Source of the DNA: Candidatus Eiseniibacteriota bacterium
GTDB taxonomy: Bacteria > Eisenbacteria > RBG-16-71-46 > CAIMUX01 > VGJL01
Reading direction: 5' to 3'
Length of the DNA stretch: 64,000 bases
Assembly: GCA_041946735.1 (NCBI GenBank)
Contig: JBHGAY010000024.1
Coordinates: 6,114-70,113, forward strand
Shown: piece after piece, positions 10,178-18,987 of the stretch
How positions within the stretch are numbered: the first letter of the stretch is position 1
Layout of the letters: every line of letters starts with the position of its first letter
Made by a program: the position numbers and the translations under genes
The notes under the pieces: generated by a model
What the model was told of the DNA's origin: nothing
The model's database searches: none
The model's input: the letters and a program-made list of their open reading frames with translations, nothing else

Positions 10178-11766
10178 CGCAAACCTCCCTCGATCCGGTC
10201 CCTCGTGATCGGACGGCCGGCACCGGCGGGGGCGGCGCCGCTACCGCCGCCGCCATCGCCGATTGCCTCCCCGGTCGCCTCCCTGCCGCTCGCCGGCTGC
10301 GCGTGACCGAGCAGCGCACGCTCGACCGCCTCCGCCATCCCTTCGTTCGAAGCCTCCCGCGCCTCCGCGTCCGGAGCCATGCCGAGCGAGCGCATCGCGG
10401 CCGCCGTCGTCGGACCGATCGCCACGACGCGGGGCCGCGGAGCGGGCGCTTCCCGCCACGCGCGGCCGAGCAGCGCCTCGAACGCGCGCGCCCCCGACGG
10501 GCTCGTCAGGCAGATCGCGTCGATCCTGCCCGCGAGGAGATCCGCCTCGATCGCTTCGAACGCGACGCCGCCGGAGAGCTCCGTGCGGTACGCGACGACC
10601 TCCGTCACCTCGACGCCGGCCGCGCGCAACCGCGCCGGCAACTCGGGCTGCGCCTGCTCGGCCCGCGGCAGGAGCGCGCGGAGTCCCGCAGGCCGATCGA
10701 CTCGCGCGAGCAGCGCGCCGGCGAGCGCGCCCCCGGTGGCGGTGGCCGCCACGAGATCGCACCGGCCGAAACGGTCACGCGCGCGGGCCGCCGTCGCCTC
10801 GCCCACCGCGCCGATCGCGGGACGATTCCCGGACAGCGGCCGGCCGGCCCCAGCCGGCGCCGCGCCGCCTTCCGTCGCGTCGGCGAACGCATCGACCCCG
10901 CGCGCGCTCGTGAAGAGGACCCAGTCGTACGAGGCCGCCCGGGCCGCAGCCTCCTCGAGCGGACGTCGATCCCGCGGGGGCTGCGTCACGAGCAGGGGCA
11001 GGTGGAGCGCAACTCCCCCGCGCCGCTCGATCGCAGCCGCCAGGCCGTCCCCCTCCTCGCGCGTCACGAGAATCCGCGCTCCCCGCAGCGTTCCGGCGAT
11101 CCCGCTCCCCGCCGCGGCGCCTCCTGCCCCGAGGCCGCGCCACACGAAGTCGAAGAGCTGCTCGGGCTCCGCGTTGCCGCGTTGCGCGGCCTTCCCCTCG
11201 GCGAGACACCGCAGCGCCGCTCCCTCCAGCGCGCCGAGCACCAGATCGGTCGCCATCTCGACCGGCATCGCGCGCACGCTTCCTTCCGCAAGCCCTCGCT
11301 GCAGCTCTTCGCGCAGCAGGGAGCGGAGCCGGTCCCATCGGGGCGCCGCGCCGCCCTCCACCGCGCTGCCGATCGGGCAGGCCTCCTCCTTGCGCATCAT
11401 GCGGAAGAAGTTCGGGTAGCGGAGCAGGAACAGGAGGACGTGGACGAGGATCTTCCTCAAGCGGAGCTTCGAGCTCTCCTCCCCCTCGAACGCCGCGCGC
11501 AATCCCTCCATCAGGTGATCCATGCGCGAGTCGAGGATCGAGAGGTAGAGGTTCTCCTTCGAGGGGAAGTACAGGTAGAGCGTCCCCTTCGCCACCCCGG
11601 CGCGTTCCGCGAGCTCTTCCATCCGGACCTGGGAAAGCTCGCGCCCGGCGAAGAGCCCCGCCGCCGCTTCGAGGATCTCCTCGCGCCGGCTCCGGCCTCC
11701 GCCGCCGGCAGCGCCGTTGCCGTTCGCGCTCCTCGCGCGCCCGCCTCCCGCCTCCGCCGCCATCAC
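10174..11766 (-). CDS. hemD: TetR-family HTH regulator fused in frame to uroporphyrinogen-III synthase
   Basis: The N-terminal ~200 aa match a TetR HTH plus TetR_C domain ([46 protein letters not shown]). From about aa 230 the sequence matches HemD ([11 protein letters not shown]...[15 protein letters not shown]...[11 protein letters not shown]). There is no stop codon between the two parts. ATGA overlaps on both sides, with hemC and hemB. Confidence 0.6.
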   Translation of the reverse strand: MMAAEAGGGRARSANGNGAAGGGGRSRREEILEAAAGLFAGRELSQVRMEELAERAGVAKGTLYLYFPSKENLYLSILDSRMDHLMEGLRAAFEGEESSKLRLRKILVHVLLFLLRYPNFFRMMRKEEACPIGSAVEGGAAPRWDRLRSLLREELQRGLAEGSVRAMPVEMATDLVLGALEGAALRCLAEGKAAQRGNAEPEQLFDFVWRGLGAGGAAAGSGIAGTLRGARILVTREEGDGLAAAIERRGGVALHLPLLVTQPPRDRRPLEEAAARAASYDWVLFTSARGVDAFADATEGGAAPAGAGRPLSGNRPAIGAVGEATAARARDRFGRCDLVAATATGGALAGALLARVDRPAGLRALLPRAEQAQPELPARLRAAGVEVTEVVAYRTELSGGVAFEAIEADLLAGRIDAICLTSPSGARAFEALLGRAWREAPAPRPRVVAIGPTTAAAMRSLGMAPDAEAREASNEGMAEAVERALLGHAQPASGREATGEAIGDGGGGSGAAPAGAGRPITRDRIEGGLR

Positions 11767-12803
11767 GGCTCCCCCGGCTGCGCCGCTCCGCGCGCCCGCG
11801 CCTCCGCGAGAAGCTCCTTCGCCCCGGAGGCGAGAAGCTCGGCGGCCAGCGCGACGCCGGTCGCCTCGGCCTCCGCGATCGTCCCCTCGCGCGCGCCTCG
11901 AAGCAGCTTCCGCCCGTCGGGATCGGAGACCATCGCCTCCAGCCGCAGCCGCGGCCCTTGCCCCTGCCCCTTCCCCTGCCCCTGCCCCTGCGGATCTTGC
12001 GGGACGATCCGCGCCAGCGCCCCCACCGGAACCTGGCAGCCTCCCCCCAGCGCGTGCAGGAAGGCTCGCTCCGCCGTCACCGTCGCCCGCGTCACGGGAT
12101 CCTCCAGGCGCGCGAGAAGCGTCGCCGCCCAGCCGTCCGCCTCGCGGATCTCGACGCCCAGCGCCCCCTGCGCCGGCGCCGGCAGCAGCAGGGAGGCCGG
12201 CAGGACTTCCGTCACGTGACGAAGCAGGCCGAGCCGCGCAAGACCGGCGTGCGCGAGGACCACCGCGTCCAGCTCGCCCCCGAGCGCCTTCTCGAGTCGC
12301 GTGGGGACGTTGCCGCGCAGCGGCAGGATCTGCAGATCGCCGCGCGCGTGCAGCAGCTGCGCCCGCCGCCGCAGGCTCGAGGTCCCGACCCGCGCCCCCT
12401 GCCGCAGGTCCGCGAAGCTCGACGCCCCGCTCGCGACGAGGACGTCGGCCGGCTCTTCCCGCGACAGGATCCCGCCGAGCGCGAGCCCGCCGGGCAGCTC
12501 GGTCGGAAGGTCCTTCAGGCTGTGCACGGCCAGGTCGATCGAGCCGGCGAGCAGAGCGCGCTCGATCTCCTCCGTGAACAGTCCCTTGCCACCGATCTCG
12601 GCGATTGGCTGGTTGAGGGCTCGATCCCCGCGGGTCGAGAGGATCTCGATCCTCACCTGGAGATCCGGCTCCAGCTCGCGCAGTCGCGCCGCGACGTGCT
12701 CCGCCTGCCAGCGCGCGAGCGCGGATCCGCGCGAGCCGATCGTGAGCTGCCGGCCGGCGCCGGGAGCAGGACCGCGCGCGCCCGCGTCAGCCGGCGTTTC
12801 CAT
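11763..12803 (-). CDS. hemC: hydroxymethylbilane synthase (porphobilinogen deaminase)
   Basis: LTIGSRGSALARWQAEHV, KGLFTEEIE, HSLKDLP and the dipyrromethane cofactor Cys in GGGCQVPVGA. Contains an in-frame Gly-Gln repeat insert (QGQGQGKGQGQG). Confidence 0.9.
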   Translation of the reverse strand: METPADAGARGPAPGAGRQLTIGSRGSALARWQAEHVAARLRELEPDLQVRIEILSTRGDRALNQPIAEIGGKGLFTEEIERALLAGSIDLAVHSLKDLPTELPGGLALGGILSREEPADVLVASGASSFADLRQGARVGTSSLRRRAQLLHARGDLQILPLRGNVPTRLEKALGGELDAVVLAHAGLARLGLLRHVTEVLPASLLLPAPAQGALGVEIREADGWAATLLARLEDPVTRATVTAERAFLHALGGGCQVPVGALARIVPQDPQGQGQGKGQGQGPRLRLEAMVSDPDGRKLLRGAREGTIAEAEATGVALAAELLASGAKELLAEARARGAAQPGEP

Positions 12804-14067
12804 CGTGCCCTCCCAGTCCGAAGAGATGGCGGATCGTTTCGAGCGGCGCGAATCCGTCCGGACCGAGCCGCTGATATCCCCGGATCCGCACGCTCGGCTC
12901 GTGCAAGAGCTTGTTGACGATTCCGCGCGTGAGCGCGTCGAGCTGCTCGCGATCCTTCTCGCAGAACTTCCTGCCGAACCGTTCGACCTCCTGCGCCCGC
13001 ACCTCCTCGAAACGATCGCGAAGCGCCTTCAAGATCGGCGCCGCCCCGAGCGACTCGTACCAGCGCAGATACTGCTCGGTCTCATGGCGGATGATGCTCT
13101 CGACCTTCGGGATCTCCTTCGCGCGCCGCTCCAGGTTCTTCTGCACGAGGTCCTGCAGCGAGTCGACGTCGTAGAGAAACACGTTCGGCAGATCGCGCAC
13201 GGCCGGCTCGACGTCGCGCGGCACGGCGATGTCGAGGATCAAGAGCGGTCGATTGCCGCGGGCGGCGAGCGCGCGCTTCACCGTCTCGTAGCGGACGATC
13301 GGGACGGGAGAAGCGGTGGCGCTGACGACGATGCTCGCGATCGTGAGCGCCCCCTCCAGCTCGGCGAAGGGAATCGCCCGGCCGCCCAGCATCCCGGCGA
13401 GCGAGGCCGCATGCTCCGGCGTGCGATTGGTCACGAGAAGCTCGCCGATCCCCTGGTCGCACAGGTGCCGGGCGGCAAGCGCCCCGGTCTCTCCCGAGCC
13501 GATCAGCAGCGCCGTCTGCTGGCCCATGTCGGAGAAGATCCGCGAGGCGAGGGCGACGGCGGCGAAGCTCACCGACACCGCCCCGGACCCGATCTCCGTC
13601 TCGGTCCGCACCCGCTTGCCGACCCGGAAGGCGGCCTCGAGGAGGCGATGGAACAGCGGCCCGGCCGTCCCCGCGCGCCGCGCGATCTCGAACGCCTCGT
13701 GGACCTGTCCCAGGATCTGCACCTCTCCGACGACCATCGAGTCGATCGACGACGCCACCCGGAAGAGATGGCCGACCATCGACTCCCCGCAATAGCGGTA
13801 GAGGCTGTCCGCGTGCGCCGCGAGGTCCACGCCGCGCTTCTGCTGGACGAGCGCGCGGAAGTGCCGCTCGAGCGGCTCGCTCCCCTCGGCCAACGCGTAC
13901 ATCTCGGTTCGGTTGCAGGTGGAGAGGAGCATCCGCTCGAAGATCGGCTCTCGATCGCCGAGCGGAACGCGCAGCGTCTCCTCCGCCTCGGCCGGAGTGA
14001 AGGCGACACGCTCCCGCAGCTCGATCCCGGCGGTGCGATGGTTCAGGCCGACGACGATGAGCTCCAT
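12787..14067 (-). CDS. hemA: glutamyl-tRNA reductase
   Basis: From Met150 of the track ORF: MELIVVGLNHRTAGIELRERVAF, the catalytic-Cys region LSTCNRTEMY, and the NADPH domain GSGETGALAARHL. The 149-aa N-terminal extension is spurious. Confidence 0.9.
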   Translation of the reverse strand: MELIVVGLNHRTAGIELRERVAFTPAEAEETLRVPLGDREPIFERMLLSTCNRTEMYALAEGSEPLERHFRALVQQKRGVDLAAHADSLYRYCGESMVGHLFRVASSIDSMVVGEVQILGQVHEAFEIARRAGTAGPLFHRLLEAAFRVGKRVRTETEIGSGAVSVSFAAVALASRIFSDMGQQTALLIGSGETGALAARHLCDQGIGELLVTNRTPEHAASLAGMLGGRAIPFAELEGALTIASIVVSATASPVPIVRYETVKRALAARGNRPLLILDIAVPRDVEPAVRDLPNVFLYDVDSLQDLVQKNLERRAKEIPKVESIIRHETEQYLRWYESLGAAPILKALRDRFEEVRAQEVERFGRKFCEKDREQLDALTRGIVNKLLHEPSVRIRGYQRLGPDGFAPLETIRHLFGLGGHDGNAG

Positions 14068-14894
14068 GCCGGTCCCGCGAAGTGGTGGAAGCTGTGAAGG
14101 AATGCCCCGACGAGGAGAAGCGCGATCCCCATCAGGAGGAATCCGGAGATCGACAGGTAGATCGCGCGCTTCCCTCGCCATCCCAGCCGGTAGTACGCCA
14201 GCACGCATGCCAGATAGATGCACCAGACGGTGACGGTGAGCAGGAACATCGGATCGCGCGTGAAGCCGTGCACCAGGCGACTCGCCCAGAAGATCCCCGC
14301 CACGATCGCGACGGTCAGCGACGCGAGGCCGAGCACCGCCGCGCGGATGTTCATCCGCCCGAGGACGTCGAGCGGCGGGAGCCTCCGGTAGACGAGGCCG
14401 AAGCGCGAGGCCTTCAGCTCGTGATAGAGCAGGAGGAACAGGAAGCCGTAGATCGCCGAGACGGCGAACGCCGCATAGCCGAGGATCGCGAAGCCGGTAT
14501 GCAGTCCGAACCACGGCAGCCGCAGCAGCTCCGGCACCTCCGCATCGAGCGCGATCCGCCCCGAGGAGGCGAACTGCAACAGGGTCGAGAACGCGAGCAG
14601 GAAGAAGCCGGTCGAGAGGTTCTTCGTGCGCGTCTCCACGTAGAAGTATGCGACCGCCGTAGCGAAGGCGATCACCGAGAGGAACTCCGGCGCGTTGGCG
14701 AGCGGCATGCGCCGGTGCGCGAGCACGAACGAGACGAGATAGAGGAGGTGGACCGAGAGCGTTGCCATCAGCGCAGGACGCGCCATGCGCCCGATACGGT
14801 CCCCCCGGCCGAAGAAGACGTATCCATAAAGGAGGAAGGTCGCCACGTAGAGCGTGGGGACCGCGCAGCGAAGGACGGCGAGCAGAGTGCTCAT
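14043..14894 (-). CDS. CcsA-like cytochrome c assembly family membrane protein (HemX-like), first gene of the hem operon
   Basis: 283 aa with about 8 predicted TM helices and a Trp/aromatic-rich segment. The position immediately upstream of hemA mirrors Bacillus hemAXCDBL, where HemX is a CcsA-family protein. Confidence 0.65.
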   Translation of the reverse strand: MSTLLAVLRCAVPTLYVATFLLYGYVFFGRGDRIGRMARPALMATLSVHLLYLVSFVLAHRRMPLANAPEFLSVIAFATAVAYFYVETRTKNLSTGFFLLAFSTLLQFASSGRIALDAEVPELLRLPWFGLHTGFAILGYAAFAVSAIYGFLFLLLYHELKASRFGLVYRRLPPLDVLGRMNIRAAVLGLASLTVAIVAGIFWASRLVHGFTRDPMFLLTVTVWCIYLACVLAYYRLGWRGKRAIYLSISGFLLMGIALLLVGAFLHSFHHFAGPAWSSSSSA

Positions 14895-15204
14895 TGGGGG
14901 ACCGAGCGCGTCACGGCGGCAACCTCCTGGTTCGGCGCCCCGCAGCCTCCCGCGGCTGCCGAACGCGCGGCGCGGCCTGCACTGACCGGTCAGTTCATCG
15001 CGAATCGTAACGAGACCGTTCTGCGGGGGTCAATGACCATTGGGTAATCGTTCTAACGTTGCGAGAAAGAGAATCTGGTGGGTTGGCCCGGCGGCCGGGA
15101 GGGTACGACCTCCCGTGAGCCCGCGCCTGCGCGGCGCGGCCCCTCGCGGGATCTGGCTCGACTTTCGCGATTTGCGGACCTGCGATCCGGATGTTCCGGA
15201 GGAC
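14895..15204 (-). promoter_or_regulatory. probable promoter/leader of the hem operon: locally lower-GC segment with small dyads (AACGTT-type, GCAGCCTCCCGCGGCTGC) and a GGGAGG-N7-CCTCCC hairpin that may terminate parA
   Basis: It is the only lower-GC stretch near the operon start (cagttcatcgcgaatcgtaacgagaccgttctg...ggtaatcgttctaacgttgcgagaaagagaatc). No -10/-35 elements were confidently assigned. Confidence 0.3.
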
Positions 15205-15954
15205 CTAGAAGGGCCTCTCCTCCTTGTCGAGGAACGCCTTCACCAGCTCGCTGAAGTCCTCGGCACCGCTGCTGCCGGGGGCGGTCACCTGGATCGGCGC
15301 ATGGAATCCGCCCGCCTCGGCGAGCCGCGCGTTCTCACGGATCGGCGGCAAGACGGAGGCGCCGTACACCTCGCGGAGCGTCGCCTCTACCTTCCCGCTG
15401 AGCCGTGTGCGCACCGTCCGGTTAGGGACGATTCCGGCAATCCGCAGGCGAGGATTGCGGTGCCTCTGCACCTGCTCCACGACCTCGATCAGAAGCCCGA
15501 GGATCTGGAGGTCCAGTTCGCGGGTCGTGACCGGCACGATGACGCCGTCGACCGACGAAAGGCTGGCGACGAGGAGCGATCCCCAGGTCGGCGGCGTGTC
15601 GATCAGGACGTAGTCGATCTCGGGGTCGACCTGCCCCACGAGATTCGCAAGCCGCTCCCGCGTCGGATGCGCGCCGTTGTCGAACGGGGCGAGCATCCGG
15701 TTCCCCGGGGCGATCGTGAGGCCGGTGACCAGGGTGCTGGTCAGAACGTCGGCCAGCCGCTTCTCGCCGGCGAGGCTGTCCGCCAGGTTGCCGTTACAGG
15801 ACCGGGGAAGCAGATGGAAGCTGCTCGATCCCTGCGGATCGAGGTCGAAGAGCACGACGTTGCGTCCAGCCAGGGCCAGCCCGGCCGCGAGATTGACGGC
15901 GATCGTGGTCTTGCCCGATCCGCCCTTGATGTTGGCGATCGCGTACGATCTCAT
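15205..15954 (-). CDS. ParA/Soj/MinD-family P-loop ATPase
   Basis: MRSYAIANIKGGSGKTTIAVNLAAGLA is the deviant Walker A KGGxGKT motif. 249 aa. Confidence 0.8.
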   Translation of the reverse strand: MRSYAIANIKGGSGKTTIAVNLAAGLALAGRNVVLFDLDPQGSSSFHLLPRSCNGNLADSLAGEKRLADVLTSTLVTGLTIAPGNRMLAPFDNGAHPTRERLANLVGQVDPEIDYVLIDTPPTWGSLLVASLSSVDGVIVPVTTRELDLQILGLLIEVVEQVQRHRNPRLRIAGIVPNRTVRTRLSGKVEATLREVYGASVLPPIRENARLAEAGGFHAPIQVTAPGSSGAEDFSELVKAFLDKEERPF

Positions 15955-16153
15955 CGCCCCTCCTTCTTTCGTAAGGTCGACGTCGCCAAAATGTCAGCCG
16001 CGAGGATAACAGCGAATTCATGCTGGGTCTAGCGGAAAGCGCGAGCGACGCGACGAAATGTCCGGCGGGACGGGCGTGCGGCAAAAGGATCACTCAAATG
16101 GAGCGGGACGATCCGGCCGGCGGGCGTGCCTGACGCCCGTGGTTCCTGAGGCT

Positions 16154-16684
16154 TCAGGCGCTCCGCGGCACCCAACCGGAGGGGTATCGGCGGGCGAGGT
16201 CGACGTACGTCTCCTTGAATCGGGTCCACTCCGCCTTGTACGCCTCGTCCACCTCACGATCGAGGACGCGCGCAGGGATACCGACCGCGATCCGCCCCGG
16301 CGGGATCTCCTGGCGCTGCTTGACCACCGCCCCCTCCCCGATCGCGGCCCACCGCCCGACCTTCGCCCAGTCGGAGACGATGGCGCCCATGCCGACGACC
16401 GCCCAGTCGTCGATCCGCGCCGCGTTGTGGATGATCGCTCCATGGCCGATCGTCACCCAGTCGCCGATCGTGCAGATCTCTCCCGGGCGGGCATGGATCA
16501 CGCAGTTGTCCTCGACGCTCGACGCCTCGCCGATCCGAATCGCGCCGTAGTCGCCGCGAAGCCGCGCGCCCGGACCGATCCAGCAGCGCGCGCCGATCAC
16601 CACGTCGCCGAAGACGTCCGCCGACGGATGGACCCACGCCCCTTCGCCGATTCTCGGATGCTTCCCTTCGAAGCTCGCGATCAC
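16154..16684 (-). CDS. gamma-carbonic-anhydrase-like / hexapeptide-repeat (LbH) protein
   Basis: Left-handed beta-helix hexapeptide repeats (IGARCWIGPGARL, IGEASSVEDNCVIH, IGDWVTIGHGAIIH) typical of the gamma-CA / PaaY / YrdA family. GTG start after a GGAGGAA Shine-Dalgarno. 4-nt overlap with the radical SAM gene's stop. Confidence 0.7.
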   Translation of the reverse strand: MIASFEGKHPRIGEGAWVHPSADVFGDVVIGARCWIGPGARLRGDYGAIRIGEASSVEDNCVIHARPGEICTIGDWVTIGHGAIIHNAARIDDWAVVGMGAIVSDWAKVGRWAAIGEGAVVKQRQEIPPGRIAVGIPARVLDREVDEAYKAEWTRFKETYVDLARRYPSGWVPRSA

Positions 16685-17559
16685 CGCGTTTCCTCCGGGA
16701 CTTCGGCAGCTCCGTAGACCGCGTCCGGCCCCAGCCTCTCCGGAAACCGCCCTCGAAGCTCCCTGCGCGCGAGGAAGCAGAGATGGCAAGCATCCGCGAA
16801 GCGGCCGCGCAGGGGCAGACCGTGCTCCTCGACGAGGGCTGCCGGACCGCCCCGCGCGAGAGGCCCGAGGACCGGATCGGAGTCCGGGTCATAGCCGTGC
16901 ACGAGGTCGGCAAGGCTGTTCCACCAGAGGCTGCCGATCAGGACGCCATGGCAGAGGTGGACGTTGCCGAATGGGTCGACCCAGACCGCACGGGGATCGC
17001 GCACGCGCCCGTGCGCGCACGAGGTCCAGGCGCTCCAAGGGCGCGTGCCGGGAAGCGTCTTGCCCCCGAGCGCAAGTCCCAGCGCGAGCGCGGCGCGGCC
17101 GTTGTGCTCGAGCGCCTCGCTCGCCGGCTCCGCCTCGATCCCGATGTTCGCGGCGACGGCCAGCGCGCGGTCGGCGCGCGAATGATCCCCGCGGAAGATG
17201 TGGAACCGATCCCGGCTGACGACGAGCCGGTCGAGGCGAGCCTCGCGCAGCGGGTCGAGCCAGGCGACGGCCGCAGCCTCGTCGCTCGCCCAGTCTCCGT
17301 TGGTGTGGGCCGTGACACGGAAGCCGAGCGCCTTCGCCTCGCGAACCCCTTCGAGCAGCACCGGGAAGTAGAGGAACGGCTCCCCGCCGTCGAAGTGCAC
17401 CTCCTCGACCGTCCCCAGCTCCGCCGCGTCGGCGAGGATGCGGCGCACCTCCGCGCAGCCCATCGCCCCCTGCTGCTCGGGAGAGCCGAAGACGTAGCAG
17501 TGCTCACAACGGTAGACACAGCGGTACGTGAGCAGGAGACCGAGAGATTGGAGACGCAT
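16681..17559 (-). CDS. radical SAM domain protein (~292 aa)
   Basis: From Met90 of the track ORF: MRLQSLGLLLTYRCVYRCEHCYVFGS carries the CxxxCxxC motif. GGAAGGAG Shine-Dalgarno upstream. Several C-terminal Cys/His residues (LCHG, CHLCF). Confidence 0.65.
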   Translation of the reverse strand: MRLQSLGLLLTYRCVYRCEHCYVFGSPEQQGAMGCAEVRRILADAAELGTVEEVHFDGGEPFLYFPVLLEGVREAKALGFRVTAHTNGDWASDEAAAVAWLDPLREARLDRLVVSRDRFHIFRGDHSRADRALAVAANIGIEAEPASEALEHNGRAALALGLALGGKTLPGTRPWSAWTSCAHGRVRDPRAVWVDPFGNVHLCHGVLIGSLWWNSLADLVHGYDPDSDPVLGPLARGGPAALVEEHGLPLRGRFADACHLCFLARRELRGRFPERLGPDAVYGAAEVPEETR

Positions 17560-17805
17560 CGTCTCGCTCCTTCCATCGGCAAGCAGAACGAGGGCCGGCC
17601 GTCGCAGTTTAGTCGAGCGCGCGCGCGTCGCGCAAGGACCGCGCCGGCGCTGCCGAACCCCGCGGGAGCCCGGCGGGAGCGCCGCGGGGGCAGCGCGGGA
17701 GGCCTGGTTGCGCGACGTCCGTCCGGGGCCGAGAATCGGCGGCGACCGCTCCACGCCGGCGGCGTGCCGGCGCCACGTATCCGACTCGCGCCGAGGGAGG
17801 TTTCC

Positions 17806-18858
17806 GTGAGATCTCTCCGCTTCCACGGAGTCGTTCGGGCCGCTGCCCTTTTCGCCTTCGCCGCGTCGATCGCCGCCGCTCCCGTTCGGGCGGCCGATCC
17901 GGTGAGCACCTTCTCCTGCGTCGGCTACGACCCGGAGACCGGCGACCTGGGCGTCATCGTCCAGTCGAAGTTCTTCGCGGTCGGGGCCGTCGTTCCGTGG
18001 GCGCGAGCGGGGGTCGGCGCGATCGCGACCCAGGCGTTCGCGAACACGACCTTCGGACCCCGGGGCCTCGACCTGCTCGCGGAAGGCAAGAGCCCCCAGG
18101 AGGCGATCGAAGCGCTCACGCGGCCCGACTCGCTACGCGATCGGAGGCAGGTCGGCATCGTGGACGCGACCGGCCGCAGCGCGACCTACACGGGTCCCGA
18201 ATGCCAAACCTGGGCCGGCGGGACGGCCGGCGCCGGCTTCGCCGCGCAGGGGAACATCCTCGCGGGCGAGGAGGTCGTGCGACGGATGGCGGCGGCGTTC
18301 CAGTCGACCGCCGGCATGCTGGGCGACCGCCTGCTCGCCGCGCTGGAGGCGGGACAGTCCGCGGGCGGGGATTCGCGCGGCATGCAGTCCGCCGCGCTGC
18401 TGATCGTCCGCAAGAACGGCGGCTACGGGGGCTACGACGACCGCTATTGCGACCTCCGCGTGGACGACGCGGCCGATCCGATCGCCGAGCTGCGGCGCCT
18501 CTATCAGATGTGGAAGCCCAACGCCCTGGTGACCGAGGGCTACCGGCTCGTCGAGGAGCGGCAGTTCGCGCGCGCGTACGACCTCGGCCAGGAGGCCGTG
18601 GCGCTCCAGCCGGAAGCGGGCGAGTACCGCTACCATCTCGCCTGCTACTACTCGCGTGGCGGGGAGCGCGAAAAGGCGATCGAGACTCTCGGCGAGGCGC
18701 TTCGCCGGGACTCCTCGCTGGCGCAGAACGCGGTCCGCGATCCGGACCTCGCCCCCTTGAAGGACGATCCGCGATTCGGCCGGATGCTGGAGGCGGCGAC
18801 GAAGGCCCGCTCAGGAGACGCGAAGGGATCGAAGGAGCCCGAGCAAGGTGGGAACTGA
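17806..18858 (+). CDS. secreted DUF1028-family (Ntn-hydrolase-like) protein with a C-terminal TPR-like tail
   Basis: GTG start after GGGAGG. Signal peptide VRSLRFHGVVRAAALFAFAASIAAAPVRA, then TFSCVGYDPETGDLGVIVQSKFFAVGAVVPWARAGVGAIATQAF...DLRVDDAADPIAELRRLY matching DUF1028. The tail is YRYHLACYY... Confidence 0.6.
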   Translation: MRSLRFHGVVRAAALFAFAASIAAAPVRAADPVSTFSCVGYDPETGDLGVIVQSKFFAVGAVVPWARAGVGAIATQAFANTTFGPRGLDLLAEGKSPQEAIEALTRPDSLRDRRQVGIVDATGRSATYTGPECQTWAGGTAGAGFAAQGNILAGEEVVRRMAAAFQSTAGMLGDRLLAALEAGQSAGGDSRGMQSAALLIVRKNGGYGGYDDRYCDLRVDDAADPIAELRRLYQMWKPNALVTEGYRLVEERQFARAYDLGQEAVALQPEAGEYRYHLACYYSRGGEREKAIETLGEALRRDSSLAQNAVRDPDLAPLKDDPRFGRMLEAATKARSGDAKGSKEPEQGGN

Positions 18859-18987
18859 TGCGCGGCCCCTCGGGCCGCGGTCTCCCGCGTGCGGGAGTTG
18901 CCGCGAGACGAAGCTGCAGCTTACGCGCGCCGGAGCTGCCGCGCGCCGGAGCTGCCGCGCGGCGGCGGCGCCGCCGCCATCTCTATA

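Noticed and set aside
7920-10319. 799-aa single protein per the ORF track (and similarly 5337..7715, 12787..14514, 38998..42819, 56922..59804, 32914..34494)
   Set aside because: Only the C-terminal part has homology (HemL, HemN, HemA, ECF sigma, ALDH, ferritin). The N-terminal extensions are low-complexity and overlap the upstream gene in another frame, and internal ATG/GTG starts with Shine-Dalgarno sequences are present.
14895-15204. Small RNA or tRNA in the lower-GC stretch upstream of hemX
   Set aside because: No tRNA T-arm (GTTCRANYC) or acceptor pairing. Treated only as a probable promoter/leader plus a possible parA terminator hairpin.
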